Source: Tubiluchus corallicola
Taxonomy: Eukaryota; Animalia; Priapulida
DNA length: 64,000 bases
Assembly (NCBI GenBank): GCA_030141605.1
Contig: JAQGDQ010000468.1
Location: 62,001-126,000, forward strand
Direction of reading: 5' to 3'
In this document: positions 62,982-64,000 of the stretch, one piece after another
Position numbering within the stretch: the stretch's first letter is position 1
Layout of the letters: each line of letters starts with the position of its first letter
Notes under the pieces: generated by a model
Told to the model about the DNA's origin: nothing
The model's database searches: none
What the model saw: the letters and a program-made list of their open reading frames with translations, nothing else
Program-made: the position numbers and the translations under genes

Positions 62982-64000
62982 TTACATATCAATACAATCT
63001 AACTGATAGCCTACTACATATCCATTTGTAAACATGAAGTACACATATATAAAGAACCCATCGTCAGACGTAACCAAAGCGACATCTCCTGTTGCATTCG
63101 CATTAGCTGGTGCTCCAGAAATCCCTCTTGGTCCATAGATATCTCTTTCACATTCCCATACAACAGCTTTGCAACTCCCTGTCTCCAAGTTACCAGAGAA
63201 AGTCGCATCGCTGGTTACATCCATCAACCAAATGGCATCTGCTGCGCCCCAGGTAAAGCTATTCACCCAGTTTTTAGTCACATATTTTGCATTATTAAAT
63301 TCGGCATAGTCAACTGCATTAGGTACATAATTTGTACTGATTGCATCCAAAGCTTTATGAACAGTATTAGTCCTACCATCAACCCATGCAAACGTGTTAT
63401 CCGAATATGAAGCCACATAGTAATCACTATTCACATCAGTATCGGAAGTATAAACAATATCTACATTTGTAGTCCACCCTTTAGCTAAACCACTCATTGT
63501 GACAATATCAGGAGTTTGAGATGTTAATTGTCCTTCAACAACGGTCCATCGCGCAAACTGCTGTCCTGCATCGTGGATAGGAGCAGTGATAATCGCGTTA
63601 TCATCTATACTTCCTTGTATTGATATTTTACGACCCATTGCTTGACCTCCACCATATTCTATATATAGTTCAGGCGTTGCATTTACTGATTTCAAGGTCC
63701 AGATCTTAAAATCTCCTGCATTTGGAGCTAGGTTACAAACCAATATATTACCATTATTATCGGCGGTATTATAGAAGTTTGTCAAGTTACCGGTAATTGA
63801 ACCTAGATCTATCTCACCCATTTTTTCACCCGTTTTAGGGTTGATATAAACAGTGTTTTCGGCACGTGTATTAATCGCCACAAAATCTTTTGTGGCAGCA
63901 ATACCCCCGGTAAGATGCTCAGCAGTAATACCAAGGTCGGCATTTAATTGCTTCGCGAACATTAAACGCGCACTACCCAGACGGATACCATAAGGTAATT
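62982..64000 (-). CDS. PUL-associated surface protein (DUF5018/DUF4623-like), 5'-partial
   Basis: Frame open to the window edge (LPYGIRLGSARL); NANATGDV C-terminal motif; position upstream of PUL enzymes. Confidence 0.6.
   Translation of the reverse strand, partial: LPYGIRLGSARLMFAKQLNADLGITAEHLTGGIAATKDFVAINTRAENTVYINPKTGEKMGEIDLGSITGNLTNFYNTADNNGNILVCNLAPNAGDFKIWTLKSVNATPELYIEYGGGQAMGRKISIQGSIDDNAIITAPIHDAGQQFARWTVVEGQLTSQTPDIVTMSGLAKGWTTNVDIVYTSDTDVNSDYYVASYSDNTFAWVDGRTNTVHKALDAISTNYVPNAVDYAEFNNAKYVTKNWVNSFTWGAADAIWLMDVTSDATFSGNLETGSCKAVVWECERDIYGPRGISGAPANANATGDVALVTSDDGFFIYVYFMFTNGYVVGYQLDCIDM

Overview
Chromosomal window of a low-GC Bacteroidota genome (Bacteroidales/Marinilabiliales-like gene order: rpmB-rpmG-DUF4295-ftsY-rimO, porT-ubiE, parA-parB-DUF5683-mltD, TAnnTTTG promoters). 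Positions 1-51.3 kb are mostly housekeeping genes (pdxB, gnd, fabD, galM, pepP, manC, parAB, mqnA, pnp, rpsO, gap) plus tRNA-Phe(GAA) and tRNA-Ala(GGC), the latter with a perfect 44-bp tandem duplication of its 3' end. From 51.3 kb there is an island: a deleted IS21-family element fused to an IS1182 remnant, then a decaying polysaccharide-utilisation locus. The main unexplained structure is a ~140-bp dispersed element with IS5-like inverted ends (GAGACCTTTGCAA...TTTTGCAAAGGTCTC) and a conserved internal hairpin. About 12 clear and 5 degenerate copies fill most long intergenic gaps of the core region. Copies are usually co-oriented with the next gene, several lie between promoter and start codon, and one supplies the apparent start codon of rimO. 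Product calls come from motif recognition by eye, and repeat boundaries are approximate (a few bp).
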